From Camelus ferus (taxonomy: Eukaryota): a stretch of DNA of 64,000 nucleotides. How positions within the stretch are numbered: position 1 is the stretch's first letter; each line of letters begins with the position of its first letter. Positions 28,641 to 42,534 of the stretch are shown here, one piece after another. Position numbers and translations under genes: made by a program. The notes beneath the pieces were generated by a model that saw only the letters and a program-made list of their open reading frames with translations, did not search any database and was not told the DNA's origin. The stretch is taken from positions 6,946,001 through 7,010,000 of the forward strand of contig NC_045696.1 of assembly GCF_009834535.1 (NCBI RefSeq), read 5' to 3'.

Positions 28641-28769
28641 ACCTACCATCCTGCCTAGTGGCCGTGTGCACCTGTCTCTTCTTCAAGGCTGCGAACCCAC
28701 AAGGGCAGGGCTCTGTCCTTACTCACCATCATACACCGAGCACTTAGCACAGGATCTGCTGCCCTGAGT

Positions 28770-29197
28770 TGTTCCCTGTACCTGCGGTAACAAAGCATCA
28801 CAAATCTGTTACAGTGATGACAGAGGTGTATTATCCTACAGTTCTGGAAGTCACAAGGCTTACCTGAGTCTCACTGGGCTAAAGTCAAGGTATCATCAGG
28901 GCTCTGCTCCTATTTGGAGGCTCTAGGAGAGGATCTCGTCCCTTCTTGCCTCTTCCAGCTTCAAGAGGCCACCTGCATTCCTTGGCTCTTGGTTTCATTC
29001 CACCATCCTTGAAATTATGCTGCCATCTCTCTGGTCCTCCCTCTCCCACTTTTAAGGACCCAGGATAATCTCCCAGCTGGCTAACAACCTTATTTCCATC
29101 CTCAGCCTCAGTGTCCTTTTGCCTGGTGACATACATATTCACAGGTTCCAGGGACTGGGATGTGAGCATCATCAGGGCCGTTGTCTTAACCACTACA
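28770..29197 (-). mobile_element. MaLR LTR (MLT1D-like)
   Basis: cagttctggaagtcac...ctcactgggctaaagtcaagg...ggccacctgcattccttggctc...atattcacaggttccaggga...accactaca. Confidence 0.8.
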
Positions 29198-30878
29198 CGT
29201 CGTCCAAGGAGGTTCAAAAAAACCTGGATGTGATGCCTGCAACTCAGCAAAACCCTAACACCCTCTTTCTGCCACCATCCTTTACGACACAAACCCCCAA
29301 TCAGCTTGTCTCTAGGCTTGAACATCTCAGACCTTGTTCTGAAAACACTGCATAAAAGAGAAATTACCAGTCCTACGATGCTTGAGTTTTCACTCACTGG
29401 TCTCTGGTTCAGCAAACACTTAATCTTTACTTTTCTGACTTGAGTCACCACCGGGTGTGAAGGACGGCTTTCTAGGACAGGCTTATAATAGGGATTCTCC
29501 CACTTTTGTTGCCCCTTTCCCTTCCCGAGAGGACACAGCTTGTGAGAGAAAAGGCCAGCCGAGGCCCGCGGGACCTCTCATGCTTCCTGTTTCCAGCAGA
29601 TCGTAGGTCATCTGCATTGCTTCCCAGGCACCCCTCATCTGGAAAAACTGGGCTCCATGCTAGCCGCTGTTTACAGGGGAGGGTGGCTCCCTTACTGATC
29701 TGCAGAAAAGTGAATTTTCCCGCAAAAAGTTCAAAGCACTTTTATGAATGTAACATTTTACTTCCCACAAAAATCTTTTGTGGGATAACAGACAGGAGAA
29801 ATAAGAATGGAGGCAACATGCATAGCAATAGCACTGACCACAATGAAAGGCAATATAGATATTTTTTAGTGGTTTAAGTGGCTGCCCCATAGAAGGTAGG
29901 TGTTGGCATTTTCTGTTTTACCCGAAGTCAACCTGACATGTGACCAGTTCATCGACAGATATGTGTGTGAAAACACACACACACATGCATCTAATGTCAT
30001 CCATCCACCAACTTACTCATCCAGGCAGTGTCTATGGAACCTCTGCTGTGTTTCTGGCATCATCACAGGCACAGTGATGACATAGTCACTTACCCTCGAG
30101 AGCTCAGGGTCTGCCCAGGCAGAGTGACCTGGAAGCCAGGCACTGTCACACATGCTGAGTGCTGTCCTGTGCAGGCAAGGGTGGTGAGGATGGGAATCCA
30201 GCAATCTTGGGAGCTCCCTGGGGAGGAGAAGTTTGAGCTGAGTCCTATGGACTCAAGTAAGTTGTGGGGGTGAAGAGGAGCATGGAAGACAATGGATGTG
30301 AAAAGACATTGTCGTGTGAAAAAAGAGCACCGTGCCTTACGGAGCCCTGGGATCCTCACAGCCGGAGAAGGGATGGAAGGTTCAGACAGAGGGAAAGCCA
30401 AGGGCACATCCTCAGTGGCGTGGGGACCCCTACCCAGGAGCTCAGGCTTTATAGGTGGGACCACTGAGCGACGTAAAGCAGGACAGTACGTGATGGGATC
30501 TGAACTGGAGAGACCCCATTGGGAAGCTCTGTAAAAAAGGAAATGGAGGTAGGAAAGACTGGAGCCATGATCTAGACACGGAGATGCCTGCAGTAATCCA
30601 GATGAAGACTGAGGTGTGGGCTACAAAAAAGCATGTGTGGGCTGATGTCTTGCATGTGACTGTGTGTTGGTGCACAAAGATGTCTGGGAAGATGCTCGCT
30701 GAAATGTGAACAGTGCTTACTTACCGCTGGTGGCAGGACACGGTGTGAGGGGTTTGCTTTCTTCTTTATGCTTTCCTTGGTTGCTTAAAATTTTTCTGCA
30801 TGAGGATATATTATCTTTATAAGCAAGAACATAAAAAAAGTTTTGTAGTTGTTATTTATTAAAACCTGACAAGAGCTC

Positions 30879-31431
30879 TGAGAGACTGAATATACAAACA
30901 AGCAGTGGCCAGACCATATAAAAACAGAATGCTGACCCACACCCCACAGCCATCTGCCCAGGAGACCAACCCCTTAAGCACAGTAAACAACCAGGAAGCC
31001 AGCCTGCTGCAAGTCAGAGGCGTGCGAGCCCCCACTGCGGTCTTCAGTAACCATCCGGGAAGACAAACACCGACTTGCATAAAAATTGGCTTAAAATGGC
31101 CAGGATTTGATTAATTATTGGCAGCTTTCCTAGTTTTTATCTCTGCTTCCAACTTGGTACCAACTAGAGAAAGCTGACTGTGCACCCCCTGAGCAATCAC
31201 GTAGGATGTCCCACTGCTAGCTGGCCACCTAGAGCTTCTCCCAACCTGCAGCCTCCAATCAGGGCACACCTGGAGCCTTCCCTTTTCTCCACTCTGAAGA
31301 TTCCCCAATCCTCTGCCTGCCTTTGAGTCTCTGCCAAAATGCAAGTCACATGGCAGACTGTCTTGCTATGGCAAACTCTAAATAAGTCATCTCTGCTTTT
31401 CTCATTTCACTGGTCTTCATTTACTTCTGCA
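30879..31431 (+). mobile_element. ERV1-type solo LTR (MER89/MER90-like)
   Basis: About 550 bp bounded by TG...CA, with CCAAT-like boxes, ctttgagtctctgccaaaatgcaagt and a poly(A)-signal-like aaataag near the 3' end. The family name is from memory. Confidence 0.55.
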
Positions 31432-33297
31432 ACACAAACAGTTCTGGTACGATGGGGATAGTAAAGAAGGGCCAATTGGAAAAGCTTTTAAGAAGAAGAC
31501 GTGGGACCTGGTGTCTACTGGGGGTGGGGTGAAGAAGAGAAAGGCAAGGCAAGGGTGCCTCTGGCTTCCAGGCTGGGGTTCTGAGCAGACAGACGCTGGT
31601 GCCATCCACGGGGTCATGTAAAGGGAAGGAACACATGGGAGACATATGTGTCAGGGTCTACGGGACACAGAAGCACAGATGGTGGACTGGGGTAGAGGGT
31701 TAGAAGTGAGACTCCATGGAGTTGTGGGAAAAGCTAGAGGAAACCAGCCAAGGAAGGAAAGGCACCAAGTCCTGGAACAGCTGGAGCCATTACCACCTTG
31801 AGCCCAAAGGTGCCAGGGAAGGAAACCAGACAGAACTGTGAGCGAGACAGCCACTGAATGGGACTGTGGTGGTAGGAAGCGGAACTCAATCCCTTTCAAT
31901 TCAACCTAGAGCCCACAGGAATGCTCCATTGTCCACCTGCCCTTCAACCTCCTGTCAGTGCCTGCCACGATCTAAACCCATCAGGAAGCCAGAAGACATG
32001 AGATACCGGTGCATCCATAGAAGTCATTCCCCTGGGGTATGGAGAATCTTAAAGGGAAGCTCTGCTGGGACACATGGAGACTACTTAGCCAGACAGCCTG
32101 GGGATAATAAGCTGCATATTGAGTGCTCATTTTGAGGTTCCCACAGGAGATGCAGGTGGAGATGTCTTGCAAGCAAGTCAAGGTGGCAGCGTAGATACTG
32201 AAAGATCTGACTTGGAGAGTTAGATGTGGGAGTCATCTAAATGTAAGGAGAGTTTCAGCACAGGTGACTTCTCCCTGAGAAAGAGTGAGGGGTGAGAAGA
32301 GAAGCAGGCTGAGGACAAACCCTGGGGACCAAAACATTGAAGTAGGAAAGCAGGAGAAGAGATCAGGGAAAGTCACTGGGAAGGAGAATCAATCAGAGAC
32401 CTAGAGGCGAGAACCAGGATGTTCATCAGCTTTTCAGCCATATTTTTCAGCAGTTGGGTCTAGCAGTAAATTAGGCAAAGATCGAAACCCAAGGTACGGG
32501 GTCAAGCCAAACACAAACAACTCTTGAAGTCCATGGGCTTTGGGGGCTCTAGGGGAAGGGCTCCTGGGGGAGGAGGTCACAGCGTTTGCACTTTCTTGAC
32601 ACGCTTTCCAGCGTAGTCCCGGCAAGCCTCCTTGACAAGCTGCCCTGGTGTAACTGACTTGGCGGGAAAGAGCAGGGCGACAAACTGCATGATTGTCAAC
32701 ACAGGCCATGTCACTGTTGCTTCGCATCTGGGACCATGGCTCATTCCTTCAACACTGGATGCCAAGCAATGCCTGGTAATTATGGTTATTTTTTTCTGAA
32801 TCCCTAAAGAAATTTTAAAGAACATAAAATTACAAATAAATAGATAAAAGATGCATTCACCTAAACCCAAAGACACAATGCTTCCTCTCACCACCATTTG
32901 CAAGTGTCTGCTTTTCCAAGAGCTGTTCCCCTTCCCCAACCCCCCTTGTGGGGCCGAGCACCAACGTAAGATGCTCTCAATGTCTATTTTCTCCAGCCAG
33001 GCGCAAATTAGGTTATTGTTGGCACGCAGAAAGCCAGCCCACGCTCGAATGAACTGGCTAAATGGCCACAGTTTCCAAACTAAGATGGAAAACTGTTCGC
33101 ATGCTCAGCAATCTCTCAACCTTTTCTCGGCTGTGTGCTTAATTCCAAACCCTTATTAATCTTTTTTCCAAATCTTGGGCCTCACATTCGCTCCTTCCGT
33201 AGGCATCCAGACCTGTTTTATCTCACTTGCGCCAGCGAGCTGGCTGCTACTTGGAGCCAATTCCATTTCTGACACGCTGAGTAGTGGGTGCTCTGTA

Positions 33298-33770
33298 ACA
33301 GCCCTGCCCAGTGGAAATACAATGCCAGCCACCTGTATTATTTTACCTCTTCTAGGAAGCACATTTAACAGCAAAGCTAAATGGGTGACATTAACATGGT
33401 GATATATTTTATTTAACCCAATATAATCATACAGAGTAATATCATATTCTAATGTAATTGATATGAAAGCCATTGATGAGACGTTTTGCATGATTACATT
33501 ATGACTTTTCAAGTTATGTCTTCAAAATTCCCCCTTTAAGGGGGGGAGGGCATAGCTCAATGGTAGAGAGCATGCTTAGCATGCATGAGGTCCTGAGTTC
33601 AATCCCCAGTACCTCTATTAAATAAATAAGTAAATGTACCTAATTACCTCCCCCCCTCAATAAATAAACAAGACCCCCCCTTTTACTTTGCACTGACAGA
33701 GCATCACAATTTGGATGAGGCTCATTCAAATGCCCAATAGCGACACGTGGCAAGTGGCCGCCATATTAAT
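33298..33770. mobile_element. MER33-like hAT-Charlie element interrupted by a SINE
   Basis: cagccctgcccagtggaaatacaatgccagccac...tttatttaacccaatata... resumes after the SINE with ...aaatgcccaatagcgacacgtggcaagtggccgccatatt. Confidence 0.7.
33540..33670 (+). mobile_element. tRNA-Ala-derived SINE (camelid Vic-1 type)
   Basis: GGGGAGGGCATAGCTCAATGGTAGAGAGCATGCTTAGCATGCATGAGGTCCTGAGTTCAATCCCCAGTACCTC carries the A box, AGC anticodon loop and B box. It is followed by a (TAAA)n tail and CCTAATTACCTCCCCC. Degenerate TSD ...cccccttt(t)a on both sides. Confidence 0.88.
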
Positions 33771-36700
33771 GGAGATCCATGAGATCGCAAGAGACCAGCG
33801 GGTTTCCTGTCCCCTCCTCTGGTGACCATCACAGGATTCTCTCCAGCAAAAGTGACTCATTTTTCCCAGATTAAATGAGCCCAACAGCCCATCCCAGGAG
33901 GAACTTGCAGGCTAAGAAGGACCTCTTTGTATTGCGCATATCAGGAAGCTATCACAGAGGGCTGGTGCTGGGAGGAGGGCAAGCCGGTACCTGAGCCGTT
34001 ACACTGACTGTCTTAGAAACAGCATTAACCAAGTCAACGCAGGGCCCATCGAGACAAACACACAAACAAAATCTCTCCTGGTCCACCTGAGCATTTATTT
34101 GAAAAATAGTCCTTGAGGCTCAGGGAAAAGGAAATAAATAGGAATGTGAGATTTATGGTTAGAAGCACCAGCACCTCTGAATTTATGATATAAGCCAAAA
34201 GTTTGCAAAACTAGATAAAACATGACTTTTCAAGGACACATCATTTGCAACTGTTGAGTTCCACAGGCAAGGCAAAGCCGAGAGAACACAGATTTCTATT
34301 TTTCCTTTTAAGAAAAGAGCAGATGTAATTACTTCAGTGTATGTACTTGTGTTGAGAATTCAATCAAGTGACTTTAAAGAAATCAAATAAACCTTTGTGG
34401 AAGAACCAAAAGGCAAGGAGAATGCAGCGGGAGGCTATGCAGAGCGCACAGCACTGCCAATGGGTCCCGGAGGAGGCACACAGAAGCAGGAGAAAATGTA
34501 ATTTTAGAAGGAACCACATCCCAAGAGCATGAAACCACACAGCATTGCCGCCGACTGACCACAGGGGTGGGGAAGTGCCCAGCCATTTGTAATCTATGGG
34601 CATCATAGTTACCCTAAGGGCTGCCTGTCACCATGGCCCAACCAGTCGTCTGTGGGAGCAGACAACTAAAGGAGCTCGCAGCCTCACTGTTTAAAAAGAG
34701 CATGATGGGAACGTCAAACAAACACAGCATCGGAAAACCACAAAGCCCTTGTTCTGAACCCATCCTTCTGCTCCGGCTTCCCCGGGAGCTGAGCAGGTGC
34801 AGAGCCCAGGAAGCTCCTCTGGCTGAAGGTGAGAGCTTTCTCCCTTTCTACCAAAGGCATCTTCCATGAGAGGTGCATCCCAGCCACAGAGTCTTCCAGC
34901 TCAGCCCCAGCTCATTCACATGTAGGCTTGAAAACCCAGGACCAGAGTAGCCTTGAGTCCCCAGACAGAGCTGTATAGGGCCAAACAGCTTCACCGTGCA
35001 GCAATGAGCTGCTTTTCTGTACAGAGGGAGCCCAGAGCTGTGGCTTCGTGGGCACAGAGCCTCTGCGGGGGCTCCGACCCTCTCCCCAGAACCCCCTCAG
35101 CCCCACCCTCAGCAGGCTGTGAATGGAGGGGAGGGAAGCCACTGTCTTCTTTCCAGACCGCTTTCCCTTCCAGGACCGAAGACTCTATTTGAGACCACCT
35201 ACGGTCAGAACTGCCCAAAGGTGTTCCCAAATGCAAGGCTGTTGCTTGGGGAAACCATTTCTTCCTTTTAGCAAGATGACATCACAAAACAAACAAATAG
35301 AACAGGCAAAGAACTGCAGAGAAATCCCCCTCCTGATTTTCCCTCTGCTCCACTTTGCAAATACCCTTAATTTTGCAAGAGAAACTACACAGTCTGAGCT
35401 GAGAGAAGGAAAACACCAATGTTTCCAATGCCAGATGAACATCCACGAAGTGTTGCAGGTTAAAGTGGGGAATGGCCTCACGGAGCGAATCAGTGATGGG
35501 CCCAAGTCCAGCCAACTTCTGGCCGTTCTAACCCCGAGTGAGACTTTCTCCTTCAGCAGACACATCCACAGAGAGGCGAGATGAAACAGGCCTTCCTTGG
35601 CGTCAGGCCCTGGCGGGCAGAGGGGTGGCCTCAAGGAAAGAACAAGCCGTGCTTTCTAAGGAAAGGGCCGGGCACCCCCGGACATCAAAGCCCACCAGGA
35701 AGAGAGTGCCGAGCAGGAAAAGAAAAAGTCCAACGTCACAAAGGGAAAGCCGTGGGGCACCCAAAGTGATTTGTTGGCAAATGGCTCTCAGAAGAAAAGC
35801 TTAGTGTCACACAGGCAACTGCAATGGCCCGTTGTGGCAATGAGTGTCTAACTTGCATATAAACATTATTGAAGATGGCACCTCCCATCCAGTGACCAAG
35901 AAATGCTAACGTCCGTTGCAGCTCATGGGCATTCATCACAGCCACTGGTTGGTAATGACTTGCCAGATGTTCTAGGCTGGCCTTGGAAGCAGTGGTTGGC
36001 ACTGGGGACTGAACGGCCCGTACGCAGGGAGCCAGCCTCACCAGGCTGCTGGGGGGTAGCCCTCGCCTGTGTCTGGCTCCCCACGAGGGCAGCGGCGCCG
36101 GCAGGTGTCCCAGCGCGCTCCACCTCCCAGCTGCCCGTGCACTTCTCAGGCTTGGGCAGATGGGGAGGCATGACTTCTGGATTTTTACCATCCAATGAAA
36201 CATTTTTTTTTTAGATGAAATTTGTATTACATGAAAACTAATCATTCTGAAGGACATTTTGACAGCATTTAGTACACTGACAAAGCTGTGCAACTACCAT
36301 CTCCACCAAGTTCCCACACATTCCCTAGTTGACACCCTCCTCCCGATTCCAGCATAACCTTTCAAAGAACACCTTCTCCGATTCCACACAAATCTCTCCC
36401 TTCACTTCTGCCCTGACTTCAGACCACTGTCCAGCCACGAAGGAACGTGGCATCTTCCCAGCAGGGATTTAGGTTTTATGCATCTTTGTAACCCCAGGGC
36501 TTAGCACAGTACATGGCAAGAGGTGGGCGCCCAGCTGGAGTCTCGGCACCAAAGTGGTAAAGACAGGGCGCTAAGCCCGCACATATGACGCCGGGGCTGC
36601 GTGTCTCAGCTCATCGGCTTTGAGACGAGCCCTGGGGCCACACTTCACCCTAGATTCTACGTGAAGTTCACCCACGGCCAAAGCTACCTGGGAAGCCATG

Positions 36701-38109
36701 AGAGCCAAGAGGAGAGAATCCTCCTTCCTTTCTGGAGTCCGGACCCAAGTGCATCCCAACTCACACACCCCACAGATGGGCTCCAGGACGCAGAGCCTCC
36801 CCCTCGGACCCTGGGCATCAGCGGCCCCTGGGACATTGTGATGTGATCACATCACAGCGGGGAAGCGGGAACAGCAAGCATTTTGCAGGGATGGGCATTT
36901 GATTATGGCGGGTTTGCCCCCAAGAATCCAGTCCGGCTCCAGAAGCCACAGCAGCTGCTGCTCTAGGGACTGGGCCTCGCCCTCGGCCTCCACCAGCGAG
37001 GCTGCCTCGGGCCTCTCACGGCAGACGTCCCTTTGTCTTCTGCCTCCAGCCGTAGGTTTCCATCAAACAAGTCACTTCAAGGACTTAAAGTTACTTCAGG
37101 CTTTAAGCACCCCTTCCTCCCCACAGCCCCCTCTTAGGCCTCTGGCGAGGACCCATTGGGGTGGGGTCCAGTCTGGATACCACTCTGGCCCCGGCACCAG
37201 CCCCCTTTGCTGCCAAATCATAATTCGCCCAAGGCCAGAGCTTCGGGGAGAAGGGCTGGAGGGGGATAAATGCACAGAAGCACCCAAACCCTAGGGGCTG
37301 TGGTCTGGGGGGCCTCCTGCCACCCTGAGGGGCAGCACCCTGCTGGAACATGGACGGGTTGCATTTTCAGGCCCCCGGGGACGACGGACTGGGTTAAAGC
37401 AGGGAAAGCGGCGCCAAGAGAGTGTGGGTGATTCCCAGCCTCGGGCTGCACCCCTTCCTGGTTAAGCGATTCTGTTTCAGAATCTCGACTCCCACCCTCC
37501 CCTCCGAGTCTAGCAACAGTCTAGGCTCACCTCCCATTTGTGTCAGGGAGCCGTCCCCTGTTTGGATAATATGTCACTCTCATCTTCGCTCGTCGCCTGG
37601 TGACTGAGTCACATCTCTATCGAGACCAGCCGAGAGGAGGGAGGAGGAACGAGGGTGGGCGGGCCCCCGAGAACACTGCGCTGAGTCAGGGTGCAGGCTG
37701 TGTCAGCCAAAAGCAGAGCCCGGTGGGCGGGATCTGAGCCAACGTGAAGAAGGCCAAGTGCGGCCCCGACAGCCTCCAGGTCCCACCTTCACCGCAGGAA
37801 CCAGCAAATCCGTGTTGCAGCCCGTGTTCTGCGGCACCTAGCTGTGTATGCGTGGTCTGAGCTCCATGGCGCTTGAGGCATTCTGGGGGAAACACAGGAA
37901 GCAGCTACATACAAGTGCAGTGCTAGTTTATCTACATAACAGGATGTCTCAGAAGCCTTAACCTGCTAACTTGTTCTAGAACTCTCCAAGAGGGAGGCAG
38001 AGTGGGCAACGTTTCCCAAATCTATTATCCCTTCACTTTCCCTCCCCTTCAAAACAGGATCCCTTCACCCTCCAACTCCAGATGTAGGATTTGATCCAGT
38101 CAAGTACGG

Positions 38110-38290
38110 AAGTAGGTTCATCAGCCCCTGAGAGCCAACTGTTACATACTTAGGAATTCTGAGAGCTGGTCAACAGTTGGTAGGTTGAAATTAGCCACGG
38201 TGGGAGTTTTGACAACACAGAAATTGGCAAACTCTCCGATCAAGTGTCCCCCTCCTTCCCCCGTGAAGTCACTCTAGCAGCAAAACAGTG
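38110..38290. mobile_element. Arthur1-like hAT fragment
   Basis: gagagccaactgttac...gttggtaggttgaaattagccacggtgggagtttt...acagaaattggcaaac. Confidence 0.55.
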
Positions 38291-41039
38291 GTCTTAACCC
38301 AACGTACAGAGTCCCGGACTTGGAGGGGGCGTCAAGGGGGGGTCTGAAGATTCCTCACGTCTCACTCCCTCCTCCGTAGCATCCTTGGACCGGTTGATTT
38401 TTGTGGAGTCTTTTGAGGCCTCAGCAACTTCCCTCTGGCTCAGACCAGAAGCAGGTGCATCACAGAGCCCACTCCACCCAGCTCTCCCAGTGGGAGCAGT
38501 TTGAACCATCCCCCTCCTCTCTGCCCTCATAGGAGGAAACCCACCCCACCCAGTTTATAAAGTATCCCCAGACGGTGAAATCATTAAGAAAGGAAAAGGA
38601 TATCCCTGGAACCTGGCAAATAGAGAACCAGATACACATCCAGCCTAGAGATGCAGATTCTGCTTGCCAGCAGCTCGGAGCCTCGGGTGGGCAACACACA
38701 GTGACTCCAGCAAATGAGGAAAACACTTAAGACACAAGAGACTGCTGAAAATGGAGCCGGTGAGATGAGATGCCTCTCCAGTCACCTGGCAGCCTGCATC
38801 AGTCAAGTACCATCTTGAAGAGAACCCGGAAGTCTGGTTATGTTCACAGAAAACCAGGTTGCCCCAGAAGTTCCGGTGGAGGTTGACAGAAGGACCACAC
38901 CTACCTGTCATTTGAGGGAGTGGGGAGCCATTCTCTTCCTTGAAACCTGGGGGGGATTACAAGCCTCATGGAATGGAACTGTATGCGTGAGTGGACAGTG
39001 AGCCGTGATTCTCGCATCTACTGAAAACTTGCCAAAGGCTTTTGATAACTTGTGGCAAAAATTATATTTGATTTTCTTTCTGGAGAAAATAAGATGCAGT
39101 TTACTTCGTTGGATAGAGACCATTCAAAAATACATCAAGCTGCCTTTTAAAAGAAATTTCTTATTTCATCCTAAAAAACAATGGTGGATGGGAAGTATTT
39201 TTCAGGATGAAAGCTGGTGGGGTAAGTTGTCTACCACCAGTCCTTGGAGGAAGGACCTCGAGACGTGGGGGAGGAAGGTCAGTGGCCCAAGATCAGTGAC
39301 CACGTGTTTATCTGAGGACTTGAGTCTCCAGACCCCAAATCCAGATCGTTTCCCTTCCACAAAGCCCTGGGTAGGGACATGCCGGCTCCTAGGTGTTAAA
39401 GTAATGACTGAGGGAACTCTTCTCTTCAAAAGACTCTGAAATGCCAACTGCGGGTTTCTCCAGAACAACGTGGATTTAATGAAGTGCAAAATGTAGGCTT
39501 TTTGCATTCCAATCAAGTTTCACCAGGAATTTAAACCACATCTCAGTAAAAGCCATTCTGTTTTATTGATGCAGGAATTAGTGTAATCACTGAAATACAT
39601 TCGGAGGATGCAAGCCTTCATGGGAAAAGAGGACGTGGGCATTAATCTGTTCAAATTGCTAACATTTAAACTCGAAGTGCAAAGTTAAATGACTTGATGC
39701 CTATGGGTTGCGTAGTAAAGGTGATGTTGATACAGAAAACAGTACAGAGAAATTACCATTTTCTTGTAAAAATTAAACATACCTTGTTAAAGCAAAGAAA
39801 ATACCCTGAATCCTGCTCTCCAGGCCCCGTTTTTTGTTGTTGTTGTTGTTGTTTTTTGGTTTTTTTTTTTTTTGCTGGTAGCAGGTGGAACCCCCCAACA
39901 GGTGTTTAACTGTGGGGACCAGTTATCCTGAACCATCAATTACCTGGTCACTGCTCAAAGACACTTTTCCTTCTGAAACCCAATTATTGTCGCCCTCAGG
40001 AGCAGGGCAGCAGAGGAAAGGAAATTCAATTTTCCACTCACAAGAATTCTTAACAGAAAGAGGTTTGTGGGAAGTGGGCTGAAACATTTGGCTAAAATTG
40101 GAACTCTGGCTAACGTTGAGGGCTGGATTCACTGGTCCTTCCTCTGCTGGGAAAATCCACAAGGTGGCGTGGTTTGAGCAAAACCTACCCCCAGTCTTGC
40201 GCCAGAAAATGTACAGGGAAACCTGCCCTTCAGTCAGGGAGGGACCTGTTACTCTGAAAGAGCTTCCCCTGTCCTTCCCCTAGAGCGTACCAAGCCCTTG
40301 GAAAATTTGCGTCTCACAAGTCTAATATCCGAGAGAGGCTGTCTCAGATCTCAGCTCTCTTAGAAAACTAAGAAACCACTCTCTCTCCTCTTCCGTCCCC
40401 TCCTCATCTCTCCTCAAGGCTGGAAAGTCAGATCTGTTGTGTGGGCTCTCCAGGTTGGGTGACCACCGTGCATGGACAGGGAGAAGGAAGGACTGGAGAG
40501 GCTGTCCCCCTTCTGAGCTGGACAGTGCTTGTCACCCATTCTGTGTCCGGCATGGTGCCTTCAGCAGACAGGACTCAACCCTCTGGACCTCTATTGCCTC
40601 ACCTGTAATTTGGGTCCACACTTCCTGGTGGCTGTGGTGCCCCGCCCAGTACTTGGCACATAGTAGATGTTCATTCAGTAAAGGCTGGCTTTCGTGTCCC
40701 ACGTTTTTCAAGATGCCTTTGCTAATTATTAGTCTGACCACTGCCAACCTCTGTCTCTGACATGCTAGAATGTTCTTAGTCTCTCATCCACCATGTAGAA
40801 GGCAAGTGCACATGGATAAGGGACAGTGTGCAATCCTGTGTCACCAAGCAGGCTCCTAGCTTCCAGATGGGTCTACCCATCTGTGTCTCAGATTGCATCC
40901 GAATTTCTCACAGTTTCCAGGACAATGTTGAGCTTATAAAAATAGTGGCTGTTATAGCTACAAATTGTTACCTTCCTCGACCCAGACACTGTCATAATTG
41001 CCACCATTTGTTCCAGGTATGCTATATACCAGGTGATCT

Positions 41040-41200
41040 ATTTCTTTTCCACAGTAACCCCACAAAGGAGGTCTTATTATTCTCGTTTTATAATTGAGGA
41101 AACTGACATTCAGAGACAGAAGTGCCCTGAGCAAATGCACACAGATGGGAGATGGGAAAGCCAGGTTCCAGCCAGGTCTGCCCACCACCAAAGCCCATCA
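41040..41200 (-). mobile_element. MIR SINE
   Basis: ttattattctcgttttataattgaggaaactgacattcagaga core. Confidence 0.65.
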
Positions 41201-42534
41201 CCTTGTCACAGTCCACACTGCCCAGTGGGCATTACATCATTTCATTCTTCCATCAGCCCAGCAGGGGAGAATTTCACCCCATTTAGCAAATGAATGACCT
41301 ATGACTTGAGGTCCCCGGGCTGGTGGGCAGTCGAGCAGGGATGCCCCAGGTCTGGCTGAGGCTAAGCCCACACTGGAGTCATCGGGAGCAGTGGGGGATT
41401 CTCACTCCAGAAGCAAACCACCAAGTCCAAGGCCTCTGAAGGAGGGAAAAGCCTGAGGCAGCCACCTCCTCAGAGAACAGGGGAGGTGGGAGACCTCACA
41501 CTGGATTCCACGTTCTCAGAGCTCACGCTGGCTCTGCTTCCTGGCAAGTCAGTTGGCTTCCTTGGGCCTCACTTTCTTTGTGTGTAATAAAAAGGAGAAG
41601 AATGAAATAAATGATGCTTACAGTTCCAGGACTGCTGGCTAGGCAGGCAAAGCACAGACTGGACCTCAGCCCTCTTGCTTCCCTCCTAGTGCAGTGCACA
41701 ACCTACACAACTGTATGCTGCGATCCTGAGAGGTTCATAATGGTTCTAACTATCCAGGGTCCTGCTTCTTGAAATCCCATGAGAAGAGAAATCAGGGTAT
41801 TGAATGTCATTCTCCTTCGTCCTTTCCTACTCTACTCTAGGCATTGAAATTCCACAATTTACAAAGTCATATTCATGTACTGAGCAGCCAACGTTAGTCC
41901 TCTGACCTTGCAGTAGGTACTAGACACTCTAAATATGGGTTCACATTGTAGAGCACCCCCAGCTAAGATTGTAAAAGGAACTTTTGACTTTTAGTCACTG
42001 TCATATGGTCCCAGTGGAACGACAGAGCCGTACTGCTACACACACGTGCGATTTCAAACTTGCCAGTCTGTCCGGATTTCAGATTATAGTAGTCCCCACG
42101 GTCACAACAGCTCAAGGTCAGGACAAATAAAAACCACTCACCTTCCCATGACACATCAGGCATCAGTGACAAGCATCACCACCAGCCCCCAGGGAGGGAA
42201 AATCTTCAGATAAGAACTTACTCAGAAAGACAGGCATCAGGGCAAGGGGCCGAAAGCTAACTATTGACTTTGAACTTCAAGCACCGCCTGAAACTACAGG
42301 TCTGAGTTGGCTCTCAAACGTGTACCAGTCGTAAATGGGAGCGTAAATTGAACAATTCTGGGATGAGTGTAGCAGGAAAGCCCCACCCTGTCCTCAGTCT
42401 GGAGCACCACTGCCTGAAATTCATTATCCCTGTTTGTAAACCTTTTCCTGAAGTAAGACAAGAATTCATTTTAGAAGGTAATCATCTCCTTTCATTTGGA
42501 AAATAGATATGCTTTTCTTTTTGCTAACACAATT

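Noticed and set aside
33545..33614. Functional tRNA-Ala gene
   Set aside because: The acceptor stem is altered, it continues into a SINE tail with a TSD, and it is inserted in a DNA transposon fossil.
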